Below are positions 9,219 through 18,290 of a stretch of DNA of 64,000 bases, in pieces. The translations under genes and the position numbers were made by a program. Source of the DNA: an uncultured Pelagibacteraceae bacterium (GTDB taxonomy: Bacteria; Pseudomonadota; Alphaproteobacteria; Pelagibacterales; Pelagibacteraceae); NCBI GenBank assembly GCA_902631255.1, contig CACOXS010000003.1:5692-69691 (forward strand), read 5' to 3'. The notes below the pieces were generated by a model that had not been told where the DNA came from, searched no databases, and worked only from the letters and a program-made list of their open reading frames with translations. Positions within the stretch are counted from its first letter, which is position 1. Each line of letters begins with the position of its first letter.

Positions 9219-10394
9219 ATGGGTAAATCTTTTAAGACATTTTTAAAACACACTGCAAAAGATTTTCATAACCAATCCGTAAATCCACCAGTGGTTAGAG
9301 CATCGACAATTATTTTTAAGTCTATGCAACATATAAGAAAAACTCAAAAAAAAGCTCTACGAAATCCAACAGGTAGTCATTTTGATTACGGCAGACAAGG
9401 GACCTCTACTACTTATATATTACAAAAAATTTTAACAAAACTTGAAGAAAGTTATCATGTTTTTACGACACCAACAGGTTTTGGCTCGGTTTTTTTAGCA
9501 ATATTCAGCGTTGTTAGACCTGGAGATGAAATGTTAGTTGCAGATCCAGTTTATAGCCCTACACGAATTTTAACTGAAGATTATCTAAAAGATTTTAATA
9601 TAAAGACAGTTTTTTATAATCCGCATGACCTCAATACATTAAAAAACAATATTACAAAGAAAACAAAATTGATTTTTGTAGAAAATCCTGGGAGCAATAC
9701 TTTTGATTTTCAAGACTTGGGTAAAATTATTTCGATTGCAAAAAAGTATAAGCTATATACTGCAATTGATAATACTTGGGGTACCCCTTATTACTTAAAA
9801 CCAATTAAACTTGGTTTTGATATGTCAATTGTTTCTGCAACTAAATATTATTCTGGACATTCAGATGTTATGGGTGGAAGTTTAGCAGTAAATAAAAGAG
9901 TATTTTCCAAAGTTAAAGCAGCAGAAAAAATTACAGGTCTTAGATTAGGACCTGATGATGCTTATTTAATAACTAGGGGATTAAGAACGTTAGACGTGAG
10001 ATTAGACAGACATAGAGAAAATGCTAAAAAAGTTGCTGCTTTTTTATCAAAAAATAAAAGAATTAAATTGTTATATCCTTTCAAAAAAAATTCACAAAAT
10101 TTTAAAATGTGGAAAAAATATTATTCTGGAGCATCAGGTTTGATGGGATTAAAGATAAAAGCTAAGAATATTAATTCTGTTCGAAAGTTTGTAAATTCAC
10201 TGAAATTGTTTGGCTATGGCTATAGTTGGGGTGGATTTGAGAGTTTAGCGCTTCATCAAGAATTTAGAGAAACTGGTAAAAGAAAATATATGAACTTACC
10301 AAAAGATGAACATTTAGTAAGATTACATATAGGTCTTGAAGATCCTAATGATTTGATTGCTGATATCAAACAAGCTTTAAGACATTTAAGATGA
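9219..10394 (+). CDS. metC: Cystathionine beta-lyase (PLP, trans-sulfuration family)
   Basis: VNPPVVRASTI, YGRQG, DNTW, SATKYYSGHSD, YSWGGFESL; start taken at MGKSF. Confidence 0.9.
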   Translation: MGKSFKTFLKHTAKDFHNQSVNPPVVRASTIIFKSMQHIRKTQKKALRNPTGSHFDYGRQGTSTTYILQKILTKLEESYHVFTTPTGFGSVFLAIFSVVRPGDEMLVADPVYSPTRILTEDYLKDFNIKTVFYNPHDLNTLKNNITKKTKLIFVENPGSNTFDFQDLGKIISIAKKYKLYTAIDNTWGTPYYLKPIKLGFDMSIVSATKYYSGHSDVMGGSLAVNKRVFSKVKAAEKITGLRLGPDDAYLITRGLRTLDVRLDRHRENAKKVAAFLSKNKRIKLLYPFKKNSQNFKMWKKYYSGASGLMGLKIKAKNINSVRKFVNSLKLFGYGYSWGGFESLALHQEFRETGKRKYMNLPKDEHLVRLHIGLEDPNDLIADIKQALRHLR

Positions 10395-11611
10395 GTTCTG
10401 AAAAATTTTTTCACTCAAAAACAGCGATAGTAACTTTATTTGCTGCATGCTTTGTTGTTTTGATTTCTTTGGGTGTCAGACAAACATTTGGTTTGTTCTT
10501 TATGGACTTCAACGAGAGTTTAAAGATAAGCAACACCGCATTTGGTTTTGCGATCGGGATGCAGATGTTAATGTGGGGTATTACAGGTCCTATCTTCGGA
10601 GCTATAGCAGATAAATATGGAGGACATATAGCTATAATCGGAGCATTTATTTTTTATACTTTAGGTGTTTATTTTTTATACACGGGTCCAAACACTGGAA
10701 TATTTTTTCAAATCCATATGGGTTTATTAATCGGAATAGGTCTTGGTGGAACAGCAATAAGTATTCCTATGTCAGTTGTGGGGAAACATTTTCCATTATC
10801 TACAAGAACGATTGCAATGAGTTTTGTTACTGCTGTTGGATCATTTGGTTACTTCCTTTCACCAATTTTTACTAATTTTTCTCTCACAGAGTTTGGTTGG
10901 AACTACACATTATTTGTTTTTTGCTTATTTTTGTTATCCGGTTTAGTTGCAGCATATTTTGTTAGATCCCCATCTAAAACGGAAAGTGTCGAAAAAACTT
11001 CAGATCAATCTTTTAAGGAAGCTCTCTCAGAAGCTTTTAAAACTAAAAGTTATATTTTACTTGTATCAGGGTTTTTTGTATGTGGTTTTCATATAACTTT
11101 GGTTGGAACACATGTACCTAAATATGTAATAGATAGAGGACTTGAGGATTGGACTGCAGCAGCAATTTTATCTTTGATCGGTTTATTTAATATTTTTGGT
11201 TCACTATTAAGTGGCTATCTATCTGCAAAAATGAGTAAGAAAATTATCCTTAGTGCAATTTACTTTTTAAGAGGTGTTTCTATAATTTTTTTTATATTTA
11301 TGCCCGCAAGTAACATTAATGCATTTTTATTTGGTGCAAGTTTTGGTTTTTTATGGCTATCAACAGTGCCTGCAACAAGTGGAATTGTAGCTCACTTGTT
11401 TGGGACAAAATATTTAGGTCTTTTGTATGGAATTGTTTTTTTAAGTCACCAAGTAGGATCTTTCTTTGGCGCTTATCTAGGGGGTTTATTTTATGATCTA
11501 TATGGGTCATATGATTATGCGTGGTATTTAGCAATTGCATTATCAGTTTTTGCAGCAATAATTCATCTACCAATTAAAGAAGAACCAGTTTTAAGACTAA
11601 AAACAGAATAA
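10391..11611 (+). CDS. MFS transporter
   Basis: About 12 hydrophobic helices; GAIADKYG loop motif; FFVCGFH. Confidence 0.9.
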   Translation: MSSEKFFHSKTAIVTLFAACFVVLISLGVRQTFGLFFMDFNESLKISNTAFGFAIGMQMLMWGITGPIFGAIADKYGGHIAIIGAFIFYTLGVYFLYTGPNTGIFFQIHMGLLIGIGLGGTAISIPMSVVGKHFPLSTRTIAMSFVTAVGSFGYFLSPIFTNFSLTEFGWNYTLFVFCLFLLSGLVAAYFVRSPSKTESVEKTSDQSFKEALSEAFKTKSYILLVSGFFVCGFHITLVGTHVPKYVIDRGLEDWTAAAILSLIGLFNIFGSLLSGYLSAKMSKKIILSAIYFLRGVSIIFFIFMPASNINAFLFGASFGFLWLSTVPATSGIVAHLFGTKYLGLLYGIVFLSHQVGSFFGAYLGGLFYDLYGSYDYAWYLAIALSVFAAIIHLPIKEEPVLRLKTE

Positions 11612-11612
11612 T

Positions 11613-12764
11613 TTGAACAGATTAAATCAATTAACAGAGATACATCAGTCAGGAAAACCCTACATTATTTATAAATCTAAAAAAGGATTTAATCTTTATA
11701 CTAATTTTTCAAAAAAAATTATTTTAAATAATAAAAATATTAAAAGTTTTTTAACTAAAAAAAATAAAAAGAAATCAAAAGATACTGACCTTTTTATTGG
11801 TTTCTTTGGATATGAGTTATTGAATAATCTAATTGATGTTAAACTCCCAAAACAGAAGAATTTAAATTTTCCCAAAGGTATTTTCTATAAACCAGAAAAA
11901 AAGATCAAACTAAGTAACAAGTTAAATTATGATTTCGAAGATTTTAAATCAGGTAATTTTAAAATAAATATTAATAGAAAAAATTATACAAAAATATTCA
12001 ATAAATTTAAGAAAAAAATAAAAAGTGGTGAAACATATCAAATTAAAATTTGCACCAAATATAAAACAAAGTCAGAAATTAATCCGTTAGATTTTTTTTC
12101 GAGGTTATCTAATACTAACTTAGCTCCCGAGGCTTTTATGATTAAAGATCATAATTATTCAATAATTAGTTGTTCCCCAGAAACTTTAATTACAAAAAAG
12201 GGGAGTGATATATCTACAAAACCAATAGCTGGAACTGTAAAAAAAACGAAGCATTTAAATAAAATAAAGGCATTAGATTATTTTAGAAAAAATTTAAAAG
12301 AAACCAAAGAACACAATATGATTGTTGATATGGAAAGAAATGATTTATCAAGAATTTGTAAAGTAGGCACTGTAAAATTATCTAAACAAAAAATCGTAGA
12401 AGAATATAAAGACCTTTTTCATTATGTCAGCCTTATCAGGGGTAAATTAAAAAAAAATATAAATAATTTTGAAATCATTAAAGCAATGATGCCTGGTGGT
12501 TCAGTTATTGGGTGTCCAAAGATAAATACGCTTAATCTTTTAAATAATCAGGAAAAAGAAAATAGGAATATTTATACAGGTAGTTTTGGCTACATAAAAT
12601 TCAATGGTGATATGAGATTTAACATAATTATACGTTCAATTATAAATTTTAAAAATATATCTGAAATTTCAGTTGCTTCAGGTGTTGTCGTCGATAGTAA
12701 TGCCAATCATGAATTTAATGAAAACTTTCTAAAAGCTAAAGCGTTAATAGATTTATTTAAATGA
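11613..12764 (+). CDS. pabB: Chorismate-binding enzyme, aminodeoxychorismate synthase component I-like
   Basis: GETYQ, SPETL, KPIAGT, EHNMIVDMERND, PGGSVIGCPK, YTGSFG. Confidence 0.75.
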   Translation: MNRLNQLTEIHQSGKPYIIYKSKKGFNLYTNFSKKIILNNKNIKSFLTKKNKKKSKDTDLFIGFFGYELLNNLIDVKLPKQKNLNFPKGIFYKPEKKIKLSNKLNYDFEDFKSGNFKININRKNYTKIFNKFKKKIKSGETYQIKICTKYKTKSEINPLDFFSRLSNTNLAPEAFMIKDHNYSIISCSPETLITKKGSDISTKPIAGTVKKTKHLNKIKALDYFRKNLKETKEHNMIVDMERNDLSRICKVGTVKLSKQKIVEEYKDLFHYVSLIRGKLKKNINNFEIIKAMMPGGSVIGCPKINTLNLLNNQEKENRNIYTGSFGYIKFNGDMRFNIIIRSIINFKNISEISVASGVVVDSNANHEFNENFLKAKALIDLFK

Positions 12765-13318
12765 TTTATGTAATTGATCATAACGACTCCTTTACTCATA
12801 ATGTAGTTCATCAATTTGCATTGTTTGATAAAGTTGAGTGCGATAACTATGATAAAATTAACGAAAATAAAATAAAGCACGCATCTACAATAATTTTTTC
12901 ACCTGGACCAGGTAATCCAAAAAATTATCCAATCACCTCAAAAATTTATAAAAAATATAAAGGTAAAAAGAAAATCATAGGGATTTGTCTAGGATTTCAA
13001 CATATTTTATTTTGTGAAGGCGCAGAAATTGTTGAACAAAAAAAAATTTATCATGGTTTTCAATCAAATATAAAAGTAATCACTAATAAATCTTTATTCA
13101 AAAAAGGAAAAATATTTAAAGTTGGTAGGTATCATTCTTTAAAATTAAAAGAGCCTTTCAAATCTAATAATTTTGAGATAACTATGAGATGTTTAAATTC
13201 AAAAGTTGCAATGGCATTTGAAAATAAAAAGGAAAAAATTTATGGATTTCAATTTCACCCAGAATCTTTTTTAACTATCAATGGTAACCTACTTATTAAA
13301 AAAATCTTATCGGCTTAA
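12761..13318 (+). CDS. pabA: Glutamine amidotransferase, ADC synthase component II
   Basis: DSFTHN, SPGPGNP, GICLG, RYHSL, QFHPES. Confidence 0.8.
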   Translation: MIYVIDHNDSFTHNVVHQFALFDKVECDNYDKINENKIKHASTIIFSPGPGNPKNYPITSKIYKKYKGKKKIIGICLGFQHILFCEGAEIVEQKKIYHGFQSNIKVITNKSLFKKGKIFKVGRYHSLKLKEPFKSNNFEITMRCLNSKVAMAFENKKEKIYGFQFHPESFLTINGNLLIKKILSA

Positions 13319-14054
13319 AGACTTAAAACAGATAGAATTCCAAGATCTTTGGGGGGATCATGGAATTTTTACAACGATGTGGATTTTTGGCAAACCAGCA
13401 AAAATTTTATTTTTTGACAATCATTTAAAAAACTTAATTTTATCACTAAAAAAATATCGAATTAAAAAGAAATCATTAAGGTCGGATATTTTAGAAATAA
13501 TAAATAAAAATTTATCCAAAAAGAAGAAATATAATCACCTATTGAGAATTGCTATAAATAAAAAAGTAGTTTCAATATCTTTAAGAAAAAGAGTTAAACC
13601 GAAATTAAATTTTAATTTGATATTAGTAAAATTAAAAAGAGAAAAACCAGAGTTTAAAAATCTAAAATATAAAAAGATCTTATCTTATCTATCTAAAATG
13701 GATAACTCCCAATCAGATATTGCATTGGTATCTAATAAGAAATTACTAGAGACCGGAACCTCAAATTTATTATTTGTTAAAGATCAAAAATTTTTTACTC
13801 CCAAAAAGGATTATTATGAGGGAAATACTTATAAATTTTTCAAAACAAAAATAAGAAAGATTTTTAAGAAAGATATTTTACTTAAAGAGATAAAAAATTA
13901 TGATGAAATTTTATTGATAGGATCTGGGAAAGGGGTTGCTTCAGTTAGAACTATTAACGAGCTTAAATGGAAAAGAAAAAACCTAAAAAAATTTAAGTTT
14001 CTGTCAAAAGAATATGATGCAGTTATAAATAAATGCAATTCTTATAGATTTTAA
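13281..14054 (+). CDS. Aminotransferase class IV, probable aminodeoxychorismate lyase
   Basis: GIFTTM and LLETGTSNL class-IV motifs; follows pabBA. Confidence 0.7.
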   Translation: MVTYLLKKSYRLKDLKQIEFQDLWGDHGIFTTMWIFGKPAKILFFDNHLKNLILSLKKYRIKKKSLRSDILEIINKNLSKKKKYNHLLRIAINKKVVSISLRKRVKPKLNFNLILVKLKREKPEFKNLKYKKILSYLSKMDNSQSDIALVSNKKLLETGTSNLLFVKDQKFFTPKKDYYEGNTYKFFKTKIRKIFKKDILLKEIKNYDEILLIGSGKGVASVRTINELKWKRKNLKKFKFLSKEYDAVINKCNSYRF

Positions 14055-14057
14055 TAG

Positions 14058-14456
14058 ATGAAAGATCCAAACAATCCTTGTTTATTTTGTGACGTTAAAA
14101 AAAGTGGATGTGCTCATGAAAATGAATTGGCATATGCAAGTTATGACTCTTTTCCAGTTTCAGAACATCATTGTTTGATTATACCCAAAAGACACATAAA
14201 GGATTATTTTGACTTATCTAATGATGAATTGATTGCATGTAATGATCTTATAAAAGTTATTAAAAAAGAAATAACAAATAAAGATCCGTTAGTTAAAGGA
14301 TTTAATCTAGGCACAAATATAGGAATTGTATCTGGTCAATCTATTTTTCATTGCCACTTTCATCTGATTCCCCGAAGAGAAGGAGATGTTGATAATCCTC
14401 AGGGTGGAGTACGATCAGTTATTCCAAGCAAACAACATTATAAAAGAAATAATTAG
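14058..14456 (+). CDS. HIT-family nucleotide hydrolase
   Basis: CLFC zinc motif, HCLIIPKRH, histidine triad GQSIFHCHFHLIPRR. Confidence 0.92.
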   Translation: MKDPNNPCLFCDVKKSGCAHENELAYASYDSFPVSEHHCLIIPKRHIKDYFDLSNDELIACNDLIKVIKKEITNKDPLVKGFNLGTNIGIVSGQSIFHCHFHLIPRREGDVDNPQGGVRSVIPSKQHYKRNN

Positions 14457-14474
14457 CCTGTTATAAAAGACAAA

Positions 14475-14509
14475 TTGACCCCAGTTTGAGGTTGAACTAT
14501 AAATTCAAC
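14475..14509 (+). promoter_or_regulatory. sigma70-like promoter of aprMBA with overlapping inverted repeat
   Basis: TTGACC(14475)-N17-TATAAA(14498); GTTGAA-N7-TTCAAC (14491-14509) brackets the -10 element. Confidence 0.5.
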
Positions 14510-14556
14510 TATATATAAAACTTTTTAACTAATTCAAAATTTAACAAAAGGCGGAA

Positions 14557-15351
14557 ATGTTAAGTAACAATCCATTTTCAATTTTATCAGAAACCATTTC
14601 ACCCTTTGCAATGCAATCTTTCATTATTGCTATGGTTTTGTTGATTGCAGTAGGAACTATTATTCAAATGATACATCACAAAAATTTGACTTATTTTTTT
14701 AACAACGCGAAAAAAGCAAAGCTTTCAGCAACAAAAAAATTAGGAGTTGGAGAAAAAGTTTCTGTAATTGCTAAAACGACAGTTGTTGATATTGGCACAA
14801 CTTCTGAATTAGGGTTTGGTAAAAGAAGACTTGCCCATGTTCTAGGAATGTATGGCACAATTTTATTTTGGGTGTCTTCAGCTATTTTAGTTTTTTGTTA
14901 CACAGGTGCTGATAAACCAAGTTCCCAAACTTGGTCAATGATTTGGCATGCAGGAGCAATATTAACATGTTTAGGTGGATATTGGTTTTGGTTTTTTTTA
15001 AGAGTTGATGTTTCAGCAGAAGCTCATCCTTGGTATAGGATTATAAAAGCTGATTTATTTGTTTTAGCATTACTTGCGTGTTCAACTTTTGGGTTAGCTT
15101 GGTCATTCACACAATTTAATGGGCAAATAGGTTTGTCTTATTTGTTTTTAATTTTATTTGTTGCATCTAACTTAATTTTATTTGGTGGTGTTTATTGGTC
15201 GAAATTTGCTCACATGTTTTATAAACCTGGAGCAGCTATCCAAAAAAATTTAGCAGAGGCAGATGGGTCTAGAGATAACTTACCTCCACCAGCTGATGCC
15301 CCAGAACAATTTGGCCTGGGTATAAAAAGAGAAGAGCCAAAACATTATTAA
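14557..15351 (+). CDS. aprM: Adenylylsulfate reductase membrane anchor AprM
   Basis: Five TM segments, WSKFAHMFYKP, directly upstream of aprB. Confidence 0.88.
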   Translation: MLSNNPFSILSETISPFAMQSFIIAMVLLIAVGTIIQMIHHKNLTYFFNNAKKAKLSATKKLGVGEKVSVIAKTTVVDIGTTSELGFGKRRLAHVLGMYGTILFWVSSAILVFCYTGADKPSSQTWSMIWHAGAILTCLGGYWFWFFLRVDVSAEAHPWYRIIKADLFVLALLACSTFGLAWSFTQFNGQIGLSYLFLILFVASNLILFGGVYWSKFAHMFYKPGAAIQKNLAEADGSRDNLPPPADAPEQFGLGIKREEPKHY

Positions 15352-15384
15352 TATGTTAATAGAAAAAGGAGAAAAATAAAAATT

Positions 15385-15855
15385 ATGTCAACTTTTGTAT
15401 ACATGACAAGATGTGATGGCTGTGGTCATTGCGTAGATATATGTCCTTCAGACATCATGCACATTGACGAAAATATAAGAAGAGCAAAAAATATTGAACC
15501 AAATTTTTGTTGGGAATGTTATTCGTGTGTTAAAGCATGTCCTAATCATGCAATTGATGTGAGAGGGTATGCTGATTTTGCTCCGATGGGTCACAGCGTT
15601 AGAGTTAGAAGAGAAGAAGAAAAAGGAACTATCTCTTGGAAAATTAAATTTAGAAACGGAACAGAGAAAAACTTCGTTTCACCTATAACCACAAAACCTT
15701 GGGGAAAATTTATTCCTAAACTTGCTGAAGGTGATACTCCTAACCAAGGTGAAATTAATTCACAAAGATTATATAGTGAGCCAGAAGGATTAAACACCAA
15801 TAAGGAATTACCATCGGTTCCAAAAGAGTCTTTTAAAAAAGGTGTTTATTATTAA
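15385..15855 (+). CDS. aprB: Adenylylsulfate reductase beta subunit
   Basis: Two 4Fe-4S motifs, CDGCGHCVDICP and CWECYSCVKACP; RGYADF. Confidence 0.97.
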   Translation: MSTFVYMTRCDGCGHCVDICPSDIMHIDENIRRAKNIEPNFCWECYSCVKACPNHAIDVRGYADFAPMGHSVRVRREEEKGTISWKIKFRNGTEKNFVSPITTKPWGKFIPKLAEGDTPNQGEINSQRLYSEPEGLNTNKELPSVPKESFKKGVYY

Positions 15856-17714
15856 TGGCTAAGCACAAAACACATTATGAGGAGTGTGATGTATTAGTTG
15901 TTGGTGGTGGAATGGCCGGCACAGGAGCAACATTTGAGGCAAGACATTGGGGGAGAGATTTAAAAATTGTTTGTGTTGAAAAAGCAAACATTGATCGAAG
16001 TGGAGCGGTTGCACAAGGTTTATATGCAATCAATTGTTACATGGGTATGCAATGGGATGAAAATCAACCTGAAGACCATGTAAGGTATGCCAGAAATGAT
16101 TTAATGGGAATGGTTAGAGAAGATTTGGGTTATGACATGGCTCGTCATGTAGACTCAACTGTTCATATGTTTGATGAGTGGGGTCTTCCAATGATGAAAA
16201 ACGAAAAAACTGGAAGATATCTAAGAGAAGGTAAATGGCAAATAATGATTCATGGAGAAAGTTATAAGCCAATTGTTGCCGAGGCAGCAAAAAAATCAGC
16301 AGATAAAATTTACAATAGAATAATGATCACTCATTTATTAATGGATGAGTCTCAAGAAAATAGAATTGGTGGTGCAGTTGGTTTTAATATGAGAACAGGT
16401 GATTTTCATGTGTTCAGAGCTAAGGCAGTTATAGTATCAGCTGGTGGAGCATCACATATTTTTAAACCAAGAGCGGTTGGAGAAGGTATGGGAAGAACTT
16501 GGTATGCACCATGGAGTAATGGGTCGGCTTACGCTTTACCTATCGCAGCAGGTGCAAAGATGACTCAAATGGAAAACAGAATTGTATTGTGCAGATTTAA
16601 AGATGGTTATGGACCAGTTGGAGCTTATTTTTTACATTTAAAAACATACACACAAAATGCTAATGGCGAAAATTACGAGAAAAAATGGTATGAACAAACT
16701 AAAGAATTAGTTGGAGAATATATTGATCATCATCCAACTCCCACTTGTTTAAGAAACCATGCCTTTATTCAGGAAGTTGCTGCAGGCGGTGGACCGATAC
16801 ACATGGTAACTAAAGAAGCTTTCCAAGATCCTCATTTAGAAACAGTAGGTTGGGAAAACTTTTTAGGAATGACCGTTGGTCAAGCAGTAGTTTGGGCATC
16901 TCAAAATATTGATCCCAAGTACACAAATCCTGAATTAACAACTTCTGAGCCTTACGTAATGGGATCTCACGCAACCTGCTCTGGCGCTTGGGTAAGTGGA
17001 CCAGAAGATCTATCTCCACCAGAATATTTCTGGGGTTATAACAGAATGCTTACAATCGATGGACTTTTTGGTGCTGGAGATACAGTAGGAGGTAGTGCTC
17101 ATAAATTTTCATCAGGTTCTTTTACTGAAGGAAGATTAGCTGCAAAAGCAGCAGTTAAATATATAGAGGATAAAAAAGCAGAAGGAATAAATGTTACTGA
17201 TAAACAATGTGATGATTTTAAAAAGGCAGTTTATAAACCTTTAGAGACTTACACAGTTGCTCAAAATGAGATCACTGGTGGAACCGTTTCACCAAGCTAT
17301 ATTTCTCCAATACAAGGATTACAAAGACTTCAAAAAATTATGGACGAGTATGTTGGGGGGATTACTTCAAATTACATGACTAACGGCAATATGCTTAAGA
17401 GGGCTCTTGAACTTTTAGAGTGGTTGCAAGAAGATTTGGAAAACGTGGGGGCTGAGGATTATCACCAATTAATGAGAGCTTGGGAGCTTAAACACAGAGC
17501 TCTAACCTCACAATGTGTAACAGAGCATACATTATTTAGAGAAGAAACTCGTTGGCCGGGTTATTATTACAGAGGCGATCATATGAAACTTGATGATGAA
17601 AATTGGCATTGCTTAACAGTTTCTAGAAGAGACCCTAAAACAGGAAAATTTACTCTGGAGAAAGTACCAGTATATCATATCGTTGACGAAAAAGAGAAGA
17701 AGAAGGCTTCGTAA
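15855..17714 (+). CDS. aprA: Adenylylsulfate reductase alpha subunit (FAD)
   Basis: VGGGMAG, RSGAVAQGL, WQIMIHGESYK, RFKDGYGPVGA, HKFSSGS. Confidence 0.97.
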   Translation: MAKHKTHYEECDVLVVGGGMAGTGATFEARHWGRDLKIVCVEKANIDRSGAVAQGLYAINCYMGMQWDENQPEDHVRYARNDLMGMVREDLGYDMARHVDSTVHMFDEWGLPMMKNEKTGRYLREGKWQIMIHGESYKPIVAEAAKKSADKIYNRIMITHLLMDESQENRIGGAVGFNMRTGDFHVFRAKAVIVSAGGASHIFKPRAVGEGMGRTWYAPWSNGSAYALPIAAGAKMTQMENRIVLCRFKDGYGPVGAYFLHLKTYTQNANGENYEKKWYEQTKELVGEYIDHHPTPTCLRNHAFIQEVAAGGGPIHMVTKEAFQDPHLETVGWENFLGMTVGQAVVWASQNIDPKYTNPELTTSEPYVMGSHATCSGAWVSGPEDLSPPEYFWGYNRMLTIDGLFGAGDTVGGSAHKFSSGSFTEGRLAAKAAVKYIEDKKAEGINVTDKQCDDFKKAVYKPLETYTVAQNEITGGTVSPSYISPIQGLQRLQKIMDEYVGGITSNYMTNGNMLKRALELLEWLQEDLENVGAEDYHQLMRAWELKHRALTSQCVTEHTLFREETRWPGYYYRGDHMKLDDENWHCLTVSRRDPKTGKFTLEKVPVYHIVDEKEKKKAS

Positions 17715-17735
17715 CACCATATTTCAAAATTCTTT

Positions 17736-18086
17736 ATGGACCTTTTGAAAAAATCTGATGAGGAGATATTCACGATAGCCAAGCCTTATTGGGAAAATCT
17801 TGTAAGAGCCTCAAATATGAAAGATTATGGCGGCTTTACAAGAGATTTCTCTACCCAAATGCTGTTTGGAGCTAACGAAGTAGAGCTTGGAAAGCAATGG
17901 GCTAACAATAAGATTATCACCAATTTAAATGAGACTTACGAACCTTTCGGAACATTAAGAAGAGGTGATCATATTACTGTATTGATTAAGCAGACTAATA
18001 AGGAAGTACCTGGAGAATTTTTAGGAAGGCTGGTTCTTGGTATTGAGGATGGAGAAGTTAAAATTTTTGGAGCCACAATATATTAA
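17736..18086 (+). CDS. Hypothetical protein, possibly NTF2/SnoaL-like alpha+beta fold
   Basis: 116-aa ORF 21 nt after aprA; helical N-terminus then beta-strand pattern. Confidence 0.7.
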   Translation: MDLLKKSDEEIFTIAKPYWENLVRASNMKDYGGFTRDFSTQMLFGANEVELGKQWANNKIITNLNETYEPFGTLRRGDHITVLIKQTNKEVPGEFLGRLVLGIEDGEVKIFGATIY

Positions 18087-18093
18087 TTAAAGT

Positions 18094-18121
18094 TTGACAA
18101 TTTTTCTGCTGGTGCTATTGA
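18094..18121 (+). promoter_or_regulatory. Candidate sigma70 promoter
   Basis: Perfect TTGACA at 18094, then TGCTATTG extended -10-like element. Confidence 0.35.
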
Positions 18122-18129
18122 GGATGTAG

Positions 18130-18264
18130 ATGCACCTTTCAAATATAAAAATTCTACAAAAAATCTTAAATTATAAAACAGCATTAATTAAAACAGGAAT
18201 TTTTTCAGCTATATTAGCTTGTTGGGGTGTAATATTATTTGGAACTTTTTTAACTTTTAAATAA
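18130..18264 (+). CDS. 44-aa microprotein with C-terminal TM helix (not in ORF track)
   Basis: MHLSNIKILQKILNYKTALIKTGIFSAILACWGVILFGTFLTFK*; GAGGA RBS upstream. Confidence 0.55.
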   Translation: MHLSNIKILQKILNYKTALIKTGIFSAILACWGVILFGTFLTFK

Positions 18265-18290
18265 TTTTTTAAAAAAGTTAATTATTTTAA

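Noticed and set aside
11613-13318. Anthranilate synthase trpEG
   Set aside because: No trpD/trpC nearby and a class-IV lyase follows, which favours pabBAC; not fully excluded
14557-17714. Dissimilatory sulfate reduction
   Set aside because: AprM anchor, no qmo, dsr or sat in the window, and an aerobic-type genomic context indicate the oxidative-type Apr
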